64,000 nucleotides of DNA from an uncultured candidate division Zixibacteria bacterium (GTDB taxonomy: Bacteria > Zixibacteria > MSB-5A5 > GN15 > FEB-12). This document shows, piece after piece, positions 20,639-29,973 of this stretch. Within the stretch, counting starts at the first letter, position 1. Each line of letters begins with the position of its first letter. The notes beneath the pieces are model-generated. The model was not told where the DNA came from, did no database searches, and worked only from the letters and a program-made list of their open reading frames with translations. The DNA is taken from positions 1,184,001 through 1,248,000 of the forward strand of contig CAVTJJ010000004.1 of the NCBI GenBank assembly GCA_963735035.1, written 5' to 3'. Both the position numbers and the translations under genes were made by a program.

Positions 20639-21289
20639 ATGCGTAGAACAGTACCCCTGATTATTACCGGAGTCGTAGGCATTGTATTCGTAGTCTCGTA
20701 TTTTTCGCCCCCCCTTACTATTCTCAACGACAAGTTTTCCGACTGGTTCTCGATCGTGGCGGCTTGTTCGATTGTATTGGGCTCGCTAAATCTGGTACTG
20801 ATTTCCACTCAGAAGGTCATTAGTCGCAGAGAAGATTGGTTCTACGCCGGTGTCATCATAGCTTGCTTCCTGGCGATGCTCATATCGGGTCTCTGGGCCG
20901 GCCGTGACTTCGGGGGTGGGAACACCGGAACCCCGTTCGAATGGCTCTATAACTATCTTTACAACCCGCTGTCGTCTACTATGTACGCGATCCTGGCCTT
21001 CTATGTGGCGTCAGCGTCGTACCGTGCGTTCCGCGCCCGTAACATCGAGGCTACCATGCTTCTGGTTGCCGCGTTTCTGGTTATGCTTGGTCGCGTTCCC
21101 ATTGGCGACGTTCTGACCGGATTCCTTCCCGAGGGCTCCCGGATGTCGGATCTGCAGCAATGGATCATGGATTATCCGCAGACGGCCGGACAACGCGCCA
21201 TCATGATCGGCATTGCGCTCGGTATCGTGTCGACCTCACTTCGCGTAATTCTCGGCGTTGAACGTTCCCACCTTGGGGGAGGCGACTAA
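20639..21289 (+). CDS. Module 1 gene B: multi-pass membrane protein
   Basis: About 6 hydrophobic segments; AFYVASASYRAFRARN and AGQRAIMIGI.LG...LR.ILG.ER shared with two paralogues. Confidence 0.8.
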   Translation: MRRTVPLIITGVVGIVFVVSYFSPPLTILNDKFSDWFSIVAACSIVLGSLNLVLISTQKVISRREDWFYAGVIIACFLAMLISGLWAGRDFGGGNTGTPFEWLYNYLYNPLSSTMYAILAFYVASASYRAFRARNIEATMLLVAAFLVMLGRVPIGDVLTGFLPEGSRMSDLQQWIMDYPQTAGQRAIMIGIALGIVSTSLRVILGVERSHLGGGD

Positions 21290-21292
21290 GCC

Positions 21293-22315
21293 ATGAACCG
21301 CAAGGCAATCGAAATAGCGGTGTTGCTGACAGGCTTGATCTTCTGTATCGTCGCGTACATCGGCAAAGAGAGTATCCTCGGGTGGCATAAAGGGTATGTC
21401 TTTTCGTATACGACTTCGGTCATAATAATCCTGCTAATCATGCTCTCTCTGCTCTGGATTCTTATTCGGACCATTCAGGACAAGCCGGTCGGCCGCCGGA
21501 TTGTCTTTCTTTACGTTGGCATCGCCATCACTCTCCCGCTGTTTATGTCGTACGATCAGAAGATCGTAGTGACCGAGAGTACTCAGCAGGTTTACGACGC
21601 TGTTCAGGCGCTTCCGGCCGGGGCGAAAGTCCTGGTATCTTTCGACTACGATCCAGCGTCGTCGCCGGAACTTCAGCCGATGGCGGAAGCGTTTCTGGCC
21701 GAGTGCTTCAAACGTCATTTGAAAGTTATAATGGTGGCCCTCTGGGCGCCGGGCGCACTCCAGGCCAACATTGCTATCGACACGGTCAAGGTTAGACTTG
21801 GCCTTGATTCTACTCAGTTGGTTTACGGTGTGGATTATTGTAACCTGGGTTACCAGGCAGGACGTGAATTCGTGATCGCGCGCATGGGGACCAGTTTTGA
21901 GGCGATGTTTGGTAAGGATGTTCGGGGTACGCCGTATCGCGAGATTCCTCTGGTCAGAAACGTAAGAAATTTCTCCGATATCGACTATTCGTTCAATATC
22001 TCGGCCGGTTTCCCCGGAACCGTGGAATGGGTTCAGGTGGCGGTAACTCGTTTTGCCCTGAAACTCGGTGCCGGCAGCACAGCCGTGCAGGCGCCGCAAG
22101 TCTACCCTTACCTGAGGGGGGGACAGTTACTCGGTCTCCTGGCCGGCATGAACGGCGCTGCTGAATTCGAGAAGCTGGTCGGACTCAAAGCCGAAGCTAC
22201 TACGTACATGCTGGCGCAAACCTTCGCTCACGTCATCGTGATCGCCTTTATCATCATCGGCAACGTGGCCTTCTTCCGAAGTGGGCGCAAGTCGGCTAAG
22301 GGAGGGGCGAAGTAA
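21293..22315 (+). CDS. Module 1 gene C: membrane protein with a large soluble alpha/beta domain
   Basis: N-terminal TMs, DYDP..ELQPM, YGVDY.NLGY, YPY, GAAE and C-terminal TM H...IAFIIIGN shared with two paralogues. Confidence 0.8.
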   Translation: MNRKAIEIAVLLTGLIFCIVAYIGKESILGWHKGYVFSYTTSVIIILLIMLSLLWILIRTIQDKPVGRRIVFLYVGIAITLPLFMSYDQKIVVTESTQQVYDAVQALPAGAKVLVSFDYDPASSPELQPMAEAFLAECFKRHLKVIMVALWAPGALQANIAIDTVKVRLGLDSTQLVYGVDYCNLGYQAGREFVIARMGTSFEAMFGKDVRGTPYREIPLVRNVRNFSDIDYSFNISAGFPGTVEWVQVAVTRFALKLGAGSTAVQAPQVYPYLRGGQLLGLLAGMNGAAEFEKLVGLKAEATTYMLAQTFAHVIVIAFIIIGNVAFFRSGRKSAKGGAK

Positions 22316-22316
22316 C

Positions 22317-22940
22317 ATGGATCATCTCGGACTCTGGGTAGCAGGCTTATTGACGCTCGGAATTTACTCATTCTTGTATCGTGACAACCCGTGGTACAAG
22401 TTCTCGGAGGCGGTGTTTGTCGGGATCTCAGCCGGATACTGGGTCGTCTACGAATTCTGGAACAATTTTGTCAACAAGTTCTGGGATGGAAGGAATCAGG
22501 ATCCCTGGCTCTGGGTAGGCGCCATTCTTGGTCTGATGATGCTCATGCGGCTGGTTCCTAAGATCGGTTGGATTTCCCGCTGGCCGCTCGCGTTTATCAT
22601 CGGTGCAACCTCGGGACTCTGGCTCATGCTCTATCTTACGACCAACTGCATGTCGCAGGTGGAAGCGACTATTTTCCCGTTGTTTGGCATTCAAAATGAA
22701 GCTTCAATGATCACGATCTTCAGCAGCATCGTACTCATTGTCGGTACGGTCAGCGGCGTCATATATTTCTTCTTCTCCAAAGCTCACACCGGTGCGTTCG
22801 GGGCGACTGCGCGGGTAGGCATATGGACGATCATGATTACGTTCGGAGCGATGTTCGCGCTGACAATCATGAATCGTATGTCGCTTCTGATCGGCCGCAC
22901 TTCGTTCATTTTTGGCCAGTGGCTGGGGCTAATCAAGTAA
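22317..22940 (+). CDS. Module 1 gene D: multi-pass membrane protein
   Basis: SFLYRDNPWYKF.E, WISRWPLA and YFFFSK.HTG motifs; ATG at 22317 after GGAGGGG. Confidence 0.8.
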   Translation: MDHLGLWVAGLLTLGIYSFLYRDNPWYKFSEAVFVGISAGYWVVYEFWNNFVNKFWDGRNQDPWLWVGAILGLMMLMRLVPKIGWISRWPLAFIIGATSGLWLMLYLTTNCMSQVEATIFPLFGIQNEASMITIFSSIVLIVGTVSGVIYFFFSKAHTGAFGATARVGIWTIMITFGAMFALTIMNRMSLLIGRTSFIFGQWLGLIK

Positions 22941-24211
22941 TGGCATGTCGGCGAGGCACTCAGGGTGGTGGAGCTCGCAGCCCGTACAATAAATTCTGTC
23001 TTCTGGTTCTGCTTTCAATCTTCGCGTTCGTAGTCGGTGTCACAGCTCAAGAACAATCAGCCGGCATGGTGATCGAGAAGGAGACCGGCGCCGAGGCACC
23101 CGCTCCGGTCACTTCACTCATTGCCGAAGACTTCAAATACGACGACGGCGAAAACCTGGCCCTCACCTGGATACCGTCAATAGATGACCGGCCCGGCTCG
23201 GACCGTGTGACCGGGTACCAGGTTTACCAGATCGCCAACAGCGGCCCGCCCGTCAAGATCGCCGAGCTATTGCCGGGCGCGAATTCCTACCGCGCCCAGA
23301 ATCTGTTTCGCGATACAGTCTATCAATTCAATGTCAAGACGTTGGCGGAGGGGGCTTCCACAGAATCCGTTCGCACGGAAGCCATTTCGCCCCGGCGTGA
23401 GTGGATCGACTGGAACCTCTGGAACCTGATGCTGATCACCCTCGTGATAGCGGGCGCCATTCTGGTATTCATCGAAACCGCCAAGAGAGGGAAGAAGCTG
23501 TTCGTGCGAAGGATCGCCGGGCTCGAAGCTGTAGACGAGGCCATCGGACGCGCCACCGAGATGGGGCGGCCGATCCTCTTCATACCCGGCATTCAGGACA
23601 TGGATGATGTCCAGACTCTCGCCGCTCTGACAATCCTGGGCCGGGTGGCCGAGCATGTCGCAACTTACGACATCAAGCTTCGGATGCCGGTATCCCGGTC
23701 GCTGGTGATGACTGCCGCGCGCGAGACGATTAAGACCAGCTTCTCCGCGGCCGGACGTCCCGACGCCTATAACGAAGATATGGTCAGCTACGTGACCGAC
23801 GAGCAGTTCGGATACGTGGCGGCGGTGAGTGGCATCATGGTGCGTGAGAAACCGGCCACCGTGTTTCTGCTCGGCGCGTTCATGGCGGAGTCTTTGATTC
23901 TGGCCGAGACCGGCAATTCGGTCGGTGCGATTCAGATCGCGGGCACCGCTCGCCCGGCTCAGCTCCCGTTCTTTGTAGCCGCCTGCGACTTCACACTGAT
24001 CGGCGAAGAATTGTTTGCGGCATCGGCGTACTTGTCCGGCGAACCGCGGGCGCTGGGTTCACTCAAAGGTCAGGATGTCGGCAAGGCAATCGGCATGGCC
24101 GCGATTGTTCTCGGCACGGCCGCGGTCACACTGTATGCCATGACCGATGCGGTCTGGCTCAAGACTGTGGCGGACTGGTTCCAGGCATTCTTCACGGTGG
24201 CATCGGATTAG
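22940..24211 (+). CDS. Module 2 gene A: FN3-like + DUF6754-like membrane protein
   Basis: ATG overlaps the previous stop (TAATG); LTWIPSIDD...GYQV; RRIAGLEAVDEAIGRATEMG. Confidence 0.8.
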   Translation: MACRRGTQGGGARSPYNKFCLLVLLSIFAFVVGVTAQEQSAGMVIEKETGAEAPAPVTSLIAEDFKYDDGENLALTWIPSIDDRPGSDRVTGYQVYQIANSGPPVKIAELLPGANSYRAQNLFRDTVYQFNVKTLAEGASTESVRTEAISPRREWIDWNLWNLMLITLVIAGAILVFIETAKRGKKLFVRRIAGLEAVDEAIGRATEMGRPILFIPGIQDMDDVQTLAALTILGRVAEHVATYDIKLRMPVSRSLVMTAARETIKTSFSAAGRPDAYNEDMVSYVTDEQFGYVAAVSGIMVREKPATVFLLGAFMAESLILAETGNSVGAIQIAGTARPAQLPFFVAACDFTLIGEELFAASAYLSGEPRALGSLKGQDVGKAIGMAAIVLGTAAVTLYAMTDAVWLKTVADWFQAFFTVASD

Positions 24212-24214
24212 ACT

Positions 24215-24895
24215 ATGAGACGCGAGATCCCGCTGGCCATAACCATTTTCGTCGGACTACTGGCGATTGTCTCATTCTTCAGTCCTCCCATGGAAGGTCT
24301 GGGCGAAGATTTCACGCTGTTCTTTGATATCATTGCCGTCTTCGCGTTCTTCCTCGGTGGTGGCAATCTCGTTCGCATACATGCCGACAAGTTGATTCGG
24401 AGAAAGAAAGAGTGGGGCTACTCGGTAGTCACGCTGGTCGGCTTCCTGGGGATGCTGGCCGCGGGTCTATTCAAGATCGGCAATCCGGGAGACATATCAA
24501 CTTCGGTAACAGCCCCCGGCTCTTTGTTCGCCACCCTCTATTTCAATTTGAATTTACCGCTGGGAGCGACCATGTACGCACTGCTGGCGTTCTATGTGGC
24601 CTCGGCGTCGTATCGGGCGTTTCGCGCTAAGAATCGTGAAGCCACTGTGCTGCTGGTAGCAGCGTTTGTCATATTGCTCGGCAGCACGCCGTTTGGCACG
24701 ATGCTCACTTCCTGGATACCGTCATCATTCAGTTGGCTGCAGATTCCGAATATGGCGGTCTGGATTATGAGCTCGCCCAACCTGGCCGGACAGCGGGCTA
24801 TCATGATCGGTATCGGTCTCGGTGTAGTGTCGATGTCACTGCGTCTAATTCTAGGCATTGAGCGCACTTATCTTGGAGGGGACGAACGTGGGTGA
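24215..24895 (+). CDS. Module 2 gene B: multi-pass membrane protein
   Basis: AFYVASASYRAFRAKN and AGQRAIMIGIGLG motifs. Confidence 0.8.
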   Translation: MRREIPLAITIFVGLLAIVSFFSPPMEGLGEDFTLFFDIIAVFAFFLGGGNLVRIHADKLIRRKKEWGYSVVTLVGFLGMLAAGLFKIGNPGDISTSVTAPGSLFATLYFNLNLPLGATMYALLAFYVASASYRAFRAKNREATVLLVAAFVILLGSTPFGTMLTSWIPSSFSWLQIPNMAVWIMSSPNLAGQRAIMIGIGLGVVSMSLRLILGIERTYLGGDERG

Positions 24896-25805
24896 TTACC
24901 GCGTCATAATTGTCCTGCTCCTGATTGGTGGGGGACTGGTCTGGCTGTTGGTGCGGGCGCTGCGCGGCAAGGAAGTTGACCGCCGGTTGGTGTTCGCGTT
25001 CATTTTCATCTCTGTAGCAGCCCCGCTGCTTCTAACGATTACGTTCGAGATGAAACCGACCCCGGTAGTCAAGGCGCTCTATGACCGGATCGATACTCTT
25101 CCGCCAGGATCACGCATTCTCCTGTCGTACGATTTTGATCCGCCCATGGCCCCCGAAGTACAACCCATGGCCGATGTGGTCAGCCGCCATTGTCTGGCGC
25201 GGGGACATAAAGTAGTCTTTATGACACTCTGGGCGACTGGGCAGGCGCAGTTTCTCGCGACCCTTCAGGATGTGATTCGCCCCGACTTCCCCGATATGAA
25301 GGATGGCGTCGACTACGTTGATCTCGGCTACAAGGCCGGCAACGAGGGTGTGCTGAACGTCATCCGCACCGATTTCAAGAAGATGTTTCCGACCGATGTC
25401 AACACGGTGCCGTGGGACAGCATTCCCATTCTCGACGGGATTCGATCCTGCTCCGATTTTGATTTGATCGTCTCGCTGGGCGGCGGCAAGCCGGGTGTCA
25501 AAGAATGGGTCCTGTTCGTGGGTGATCCGTGCGGCGTTCCGACCGCCGGTGGCGTGGCGGCAGTGGTGGCCCCGATGCTCTACCCATACTATCCGACCCA
25601 GATGTGTGGTCTGCTCGGTGGAATCAAGGGAGCGGCCGAATACGAGAATTATCTGCGTGACAATTATCCGCGTTTCGCCAAAATGAAAACTCCGGCGATG
25701 GTCATGATGGGGCCTCAGACTGTGGCGCACGTAGTAATCCTGGCTTTCATTGTCATTGGTAATGTTCTTTTCTTCGTCCAGCGTCGCAAAGAGGTGAAAC
25801 GATGA
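24888..25805 (+). CDS. Module 2 gene C: membrane protein with soluble alpha/beta domain
   Basis: GTG start after GGAGGGG; DFDP..PEVQPM, DGVDYVDLGY, YPYY, GAAEYE and H..ILAFIVIGN motifs. Confidence 0.8.
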   Translation: MGDYRVIIVLLLIGGGLVWLLVRALRGKEVDRRLVFAFIFISVAAPLLLTITFEMKPTPVVKALYDRIDTLPPGSRILLSYDFDPPMAPEVQPMADVVSRHCLARGHKVVFMTLWATGQAQFLATLQDVIRPDFPDMKDGVDYVDLGYKAGNEGVLNVIRTDFKKMFPTDVNTVPWDSIPILDGIRSCSDFDLIVSLGGGKPGVKEWVLFVGDPCGVPTAGGVAAVVAPMLYPYYPTQMCGLLGGIKGAAEYENYLRDNYPRFAKMKTPAMVMMGPQTVAHVVILAFIVIGNVLFFVQRRKEVKR

Positions 25806-26635
25806 GCCGCCTGAGTATCATTGTCCTCGCGGCGGTCTGCCTGCTCTTTGCGGTGAGCTGGGTGGTTAGAGCGGGTGTGACCGAAGGCGACACGGCGGTG
25901 CGCGATGCGTTTCTCGTGACCCTGTCGGCCTTTATGACCCTCGCGATCATGTCGTTCATGTACAAGGACAATCCGTATTACAAATTCGCCGAGCACCTGT
26001 TCGTGGGGATTTCGGCCGCCTACTGGATGTGTGTCGGGTTCTGGTCAACGATTGTTGGCAACCTGGTCCCGCGGGTGTCCGAGAGTCTGTCGGCCTTCTT
26101 CAGAGTGCCGTACTCAGGTGGCGGGCTGGATTTCGGTGCGATCTACCTGCCGTATCGCTATTTCTACATGATCCCGGTCATCCTGGGGATCTTGTTACTG
26201 ATGCGCCTGGTGCCGAAGGCGGGCTGGCTCTCGCGCTGGCCACTGGCGTTCATCGTCGGCACGTTTGCCGGTCTTAATTTGATACGGTATCTCCAGTCAG
26301 ATTTTGTCAATCAGATCTCCGCGACATTCATACCGCTGGTTACCGACTGGCATGGGTTCGGAGCCTTCTTCTCAGGATTGTCACTATCGTTTGACGGCCA
26401 ACTGGTCGCTATTTTGACGAACCTCGTGATTTTTCTTGGTGTATTTTGCGGATTGATATATTTCTATTTCTCGAAGGAACATACTGGATGGTTCGGAAAT
26501 GCGTCGCGCTTTGGTATCTGGATTCTCATGATCACTTTCGGCGCGTCTTTCGGCTATACGGTTATGGGACGCATATCGCTCCTGGTGGGGCGGCTGACGT
26601 TTCTGTTCCAGGACTGGTTAGGAATTAGAGGCTAA
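25802..26635 (+). CDS. Module 2 gene D: multi-pass membrane protein
   Basis: SFMYKDNPYYKFAEH, WLSRWPLA and YFYFSKEHTG motifs; ATGA overlap with gene C. Confidence 0.8.
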   Translation: MSRLSIIVLAAVCLLFAVSWVVRAGVTEGDTAVRDAFLVTLSAFMTLAIMSFMYKDNPYYKFAEHLFVGISAAYWMCVGFWSTIVGNLVPRVSESLSAFFRVPYSGGGLDFGAIYLPYRYFYMIPVILGILLLMRLVPKAGWLSRWPLAFIVGTFAGLNLIRYLQSDFVNQISATFIPLVTDWHGFGAFFSGLSLSFDGQLVAILTNLVIFLGVFCGLIYFYFSKEHTGWFGNASRFGIWILMITFGASFGYTVMGRISLLVGRLTFLFQDWLGIRG

Positions 26636-26640
26636 ATCAT

Positions 26641-28242
26641 ATGTCCTTGGTGAAAGGTCGCCAGATGAGACACAAACTCAGACTTGCGATTGTCCTGATG
26701 CTGGGCCTCGGGTCGGTCGCGGTCGCACAGACCGATCCGGCAACGGCGGGTTCGGCTGCGGTCGTACAGCCGGGAGCCGAGGTTCGAGCCGTCTCGCCCC
26801 CTGCCCCGATAACCAACCTGCAGGCAGTCGACAAGAAGGATGACCATGGTCACGCTATCACGTTGACCTGGACGAAATCGGCTGACGACGGCGCAGGCGC
26901 CAACTCGGTTATCTCGTACGAAATCCAGCGCTGGTTTCCGTTCCAGATGGACGTAGTCGAGTCGCTGCGTAAAGATTTGGCGGCCACACGGGACGCCGTC
27001 AGAGCCTTCCGAATCGATCTGCCTCGGGCGGAGCGGGCGCTCGAAGAACTCCGCGAGGATCCGGGCAAGCTGAATACGATTCGATTTCAGGTAGCCAGAC
27101 CACCTGATACGAGCTTCAAACCAACGGTCGACTATGCGATCAAGAAGCTCGAAGATACTATCGGGTATATGCGCGACAATCGGCCGCTCCTGATGAGTCG
27201 GATAAAGCCAATGCAGCAGGATCTTGACAAGGCGCTTGATCGTCTGCCTGAGGCACATGTCGCTTATCCCAAAGACGGGGAATGGCGATCGGTAGGGAAG
27301 GCCCTGGTGGGAGCCACCAGCTTTGACAACGTCGGTTCTAAAGATAATTTGTCGGCCGACTACTTTCCCGACTATACCGATCTGTACTACCGGGTACAGG
27401 CTGCCACGGCCGATGCGTCGGTAAAGTCGGTCGCGGTCACGGTTGGTCCGATCCAGAGCCGGGGGCAGTGGATTCACATGGGCAAGCTCCCGGTGCTCGG
27501 TTTCGTGCTGCTGTTCTTTGTTCTCACCGTGACTTTTGTACAGAAGGCGAAGAGTGGGGCGGATCTTTACGTCAGACCACTGGCAGGAATTGAGGCTGTC
27601 GACGACGCCATCGGTCGCGCCACCGAGATGGGACGCCCCATACTCTACTTGCTCGGGATCGGGACTGCCACCGATGTATCCACTATCGCGTCGTTCTCGA
27701 TTCTGGGACGGGTTTCCAAGCGGGTGGCTGAATACCAGACACCGATTATTGTCCCCTGTTATGACCCGATCGTGATGGCGGTAGCTCAGGAAGTGGTTAA
27801 GTCATCGTATCTGGACGCCGCCCGGGCGGATGATTACAGGCAGGATTCGGTGTTCTTCGTTACGAACTATCAGTTCGCCTATGTGGCGGCGGTCAACGGC
27901 ATTATGCTTCGCGAGCGCCCCGCTACCAATATATACATGGGCAAATTCATGGCTGAGTCCTTGCTTCTGGCCGAGACCGGAACGCTGGCCGGGTCGATTC
28001 AGATCGCGGGCACCGATGAAATCGCTCAAATTCCATTCTTCATCGTGTCGTGTGACTATACCCTGATTGGTGAAGAACTCTACGCTGCGTCGGCGTATCT
28101 CGGCCGGGAGCCGGTGTTGCTCGGTTCGCTCAAGGCCCAGGACTGGGCCAAGGCCGTCGTGATGTTGATTGCCGTTATCGGGATGATCGGTACCGCTCTC
28201 GGCTGGGCCGATTTCGCACATTGGTTCCAGGTAACGGAGTAG
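26641..28242 (+). CDS. Module 3 gene A: FN3-like domain with helical insertion + DUF6754-like domain
   Basis: LTWTKSADD...SYEI, a ~100 aa helical insert, then RPLAGIEAVDDAIGRATEMG. The start may be 26665. Confidence 0.8.
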   Translation: MSLVKGRQMRHKLRLAIVLMLGLGSVAVAQTDPATAGSAAVVQPGAEVRAVSPPAPITNLQAVDKKDDHGHAITLTWTKSADDGAGANSVISYEIQRWFPFQMDVVESLRKDLAATRDAVRAFRIDLPRAERALEELREDPGKLNTIRFQVARPPDTSFKPTVDYAIKKLEDTIGYMRDNRPLLMSRIKPMQQDLDKALDRLPEAHVAYPKDGEWRSVGKALVGATSFDNVGSKDNLSADYFPDYTDLYYRVQAATADASVKSVAVTVGPIQSRGQWIHMGKLPVLGFVLLFFVLTVTFVQKAKSGADLYVRPLAGIEAVDDAIGRATEMGRPILYLLGIGTATDVSTIASFSILGRVSKRVAEYQTPIIVPCYDPIVMAVAQEVVKSSYLDAARADDYRQDSVFFVTNYQFAYVAAVNGIMLRERPATNIYMGKFMAESLLLAETGTLAGSIQIAGTDEIAQIPFFIVSCDYTLIGEELYAASAYLGREPVLLGSLKAQDWAKAVVMLIAVIGMIGTALGWADFAHWFQVTE

Positions 28243-28254
28243 GAGGTAAACTGA

Positions 28255-29070
28255 ATGAAACAACAAGTGCCACGTCTAATAGTACTCGTATTTGGAGCGT
28301 TCCTCCTATTTCAATTCTTTGTTCCCCATGAATCGTCTGAGTGGATCTACGAATTCCTGCTCGATTGGACCATCATCATAGGTGTGTTCGCGCTTGCGGT
28401 AGGTATCTGGTCGATCTTCAACGTTCACGTCGAGAAGATTCGGACCAAGAAATTCGGCTGGAAGTACTCATACGTAACGCTGACCGGATTCGTTGCTATG
28501 GTGCTGTTCGGCATGACCAGCCAGAACGGTCAGGAATGGGGCTGGTTCTTTCCGTTCATAGCCGCGGCGATCCTGACGGTACTTATGATTGTGCAGGCCA
28601 GTGCCTCCAAGGGGAACGCCGGACCGTTTATCGGTGCCGCCTTGCTGTTCGTCGTCGCAGCGGCGGTCATTGCCTGGAGAGACAATACCTGGAGTTTCTA
28701 CTTCCAGACGCCGGTGCCGCTCCAATCCTTCATGTTCCGGAGGATGTTTGATAACGTTCTGATTTCGCTTCACGCCACGACGTTTTCGCTGCTGGCGTTC
28801 TTCATAGCGTCGGCGGCGTACCGATCTTTCCGGGCCCGCAACGTTATGGCCAGTCTGTTGCTCATCGCGGCGCTGGTAGTGATGTCCCGGTTCAACCCGT
28901 ATCTCGAACCACTCTTCGGCGAGAAAGTAAATCGGCTGTCGAACTGGCTGATGAACGTCCCCAACCTGGCGGCTCAGAGAGCGGTCATCATGGGGATCGG
29001 GCTGGGTATGGTGGCGACAGCGCTCAAGGTGGTGCTGGGTATTGAACGCAACTATATGGGCAAAGGATAA
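28255..29070 (+). CDS. Module 3 gene B: multi-pass membrane protein (about two extra TMs)
   Basis: AFFIASAAYRSFRARN and AAQRAVIMGIGLG motifs; AGGAGG RBS. Confidence 0.8.
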   Translation: MKQQVPRLIVLVFGAFLLFQFFVPHESSEWIYEFLLDWTIIIGVFALAVGIWSIFNVHVEKIRTKKFGWKYSYVTLTGFVAMVLFGMTSQNGQEWGWFFPFIAAAILTVLMIVQASASKGNAGPFIGAALLFVVAAAVIAWRDNTWSFYFQTPVPLQSFMFRRMFDNVLISLHATTFSLLAFFIASAAYRSFRARNVMASLLLIAALVVMSRFNPYLEPLFGEKVNRLSNWLMNVPNLAAQRAVIMGIGLGMVATALKVVLGIERNYMGKG

Positions 29071-29081
29071 GGAGTCCGGTC

Positions 29082-29969
29082 ATGAATATATTCGATAGAT
29101 TGATGCAGCTTGACCGGCGTTGGGTGTTCCTCTTTCTGGCGATTGTGTGTGTAATCGCCTACGCTTCCCAATTTGAGGTGCCCATTCTGGTTGAGCCCGA
29201 AGTGAAGGCTATTTTCACGTTCATCGATACCTTGCCCAAGGGGTCGGTGGTGTTTGTTCCAATGGATTACGATCCCGGCTCGATGGCGGAGCTGCATCCC
29301 ATGACTTATGCCATTGTCGAGCAATGCTGGCGCAAAGAGTTGAAGGTACTGATTACAGCGTTATCTCAGAACGGACCCGGCATGGCCGATCAGGCCATTC
29401 GGGAAATCGTCGACTCGCTGAAAATGCCCCGTACATACAATGGTGTGTCCTACCCGGCGCGGGAAATTGTCAACGGTGTTGACTACGTCTTCCTGGGCTA
29501 CAAGCCGTATCCGGCCATTGTTATCCTTGGCATGGGGCAGAATTTCCGCTTGCCGTTCCCGCTTGATTATTACGGGACGCCAATCGATTCGCTTCCAATG
29601 ATGCGAACGATTCAGAACTACAATGACATCGCCTGTGCGATCAATATCTCGGGCACGAACGCCACCGACTATTGGATATCGTACGGTCAGGGCAAGTTCG
29701 GATTCCCGCTGGCGATAGGTGTCACCGGCGTTTCGACGGCCCAGTATTATCCCTACTATGGCTCGCGGCAGATCTTCGGCATCATGGGTGGAATGCTGGG
29801 CGCGGCGGAGTATGAGGATCTATCCGATAATCCGGGCAACGCCAAGGATGCCATGCGCGTGCAGCTTTCGGCGCATCTGGTCATTATCGCCTTTGTCGTT
29901 ATGGGCAACATCGCGTACTTCGTGACCTTGCGAAAACGGAAACGCGGTCAAACGGAAGGAAGGAGGTAA
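29082..29969 (+). CDS. Module 3 gene C: membrane protein with soluble alpha/beta domain
   Basis: DYDP..AELHPM, NGVDYVFLGY, YYPYY, GAAEYE and H..IIAFVVMGN motifs. Confidence 0.8.
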   Translation: MNIFDRLMQLDRRWVFLFLAIVCVIAYASQFEVPILVEPEVKAIFTFIDTLPKGSVVFVPMDYDPGSMAELHPMTYAIVEQCWRKELKVLITALSQNGPGMADQAIREIVDSLKMPRTYNGVSYPAREIVNGVDYVFLGYKPYPAIVILGMGQNFRLPFPLDYYGTPIDSLPMMRTIQNYNDIACAINISGTNATDYWISYGQGKFGFPLAIGVTGVSTAQYYPYYGSRQIFGIMGGMLGAAEYEDLSDNPGNAKDAMRVQLSAHLVIIAFVVMGNIAYFVTLRKRKRGQTEGRR

Positions 29970-29973
29970 CGCC

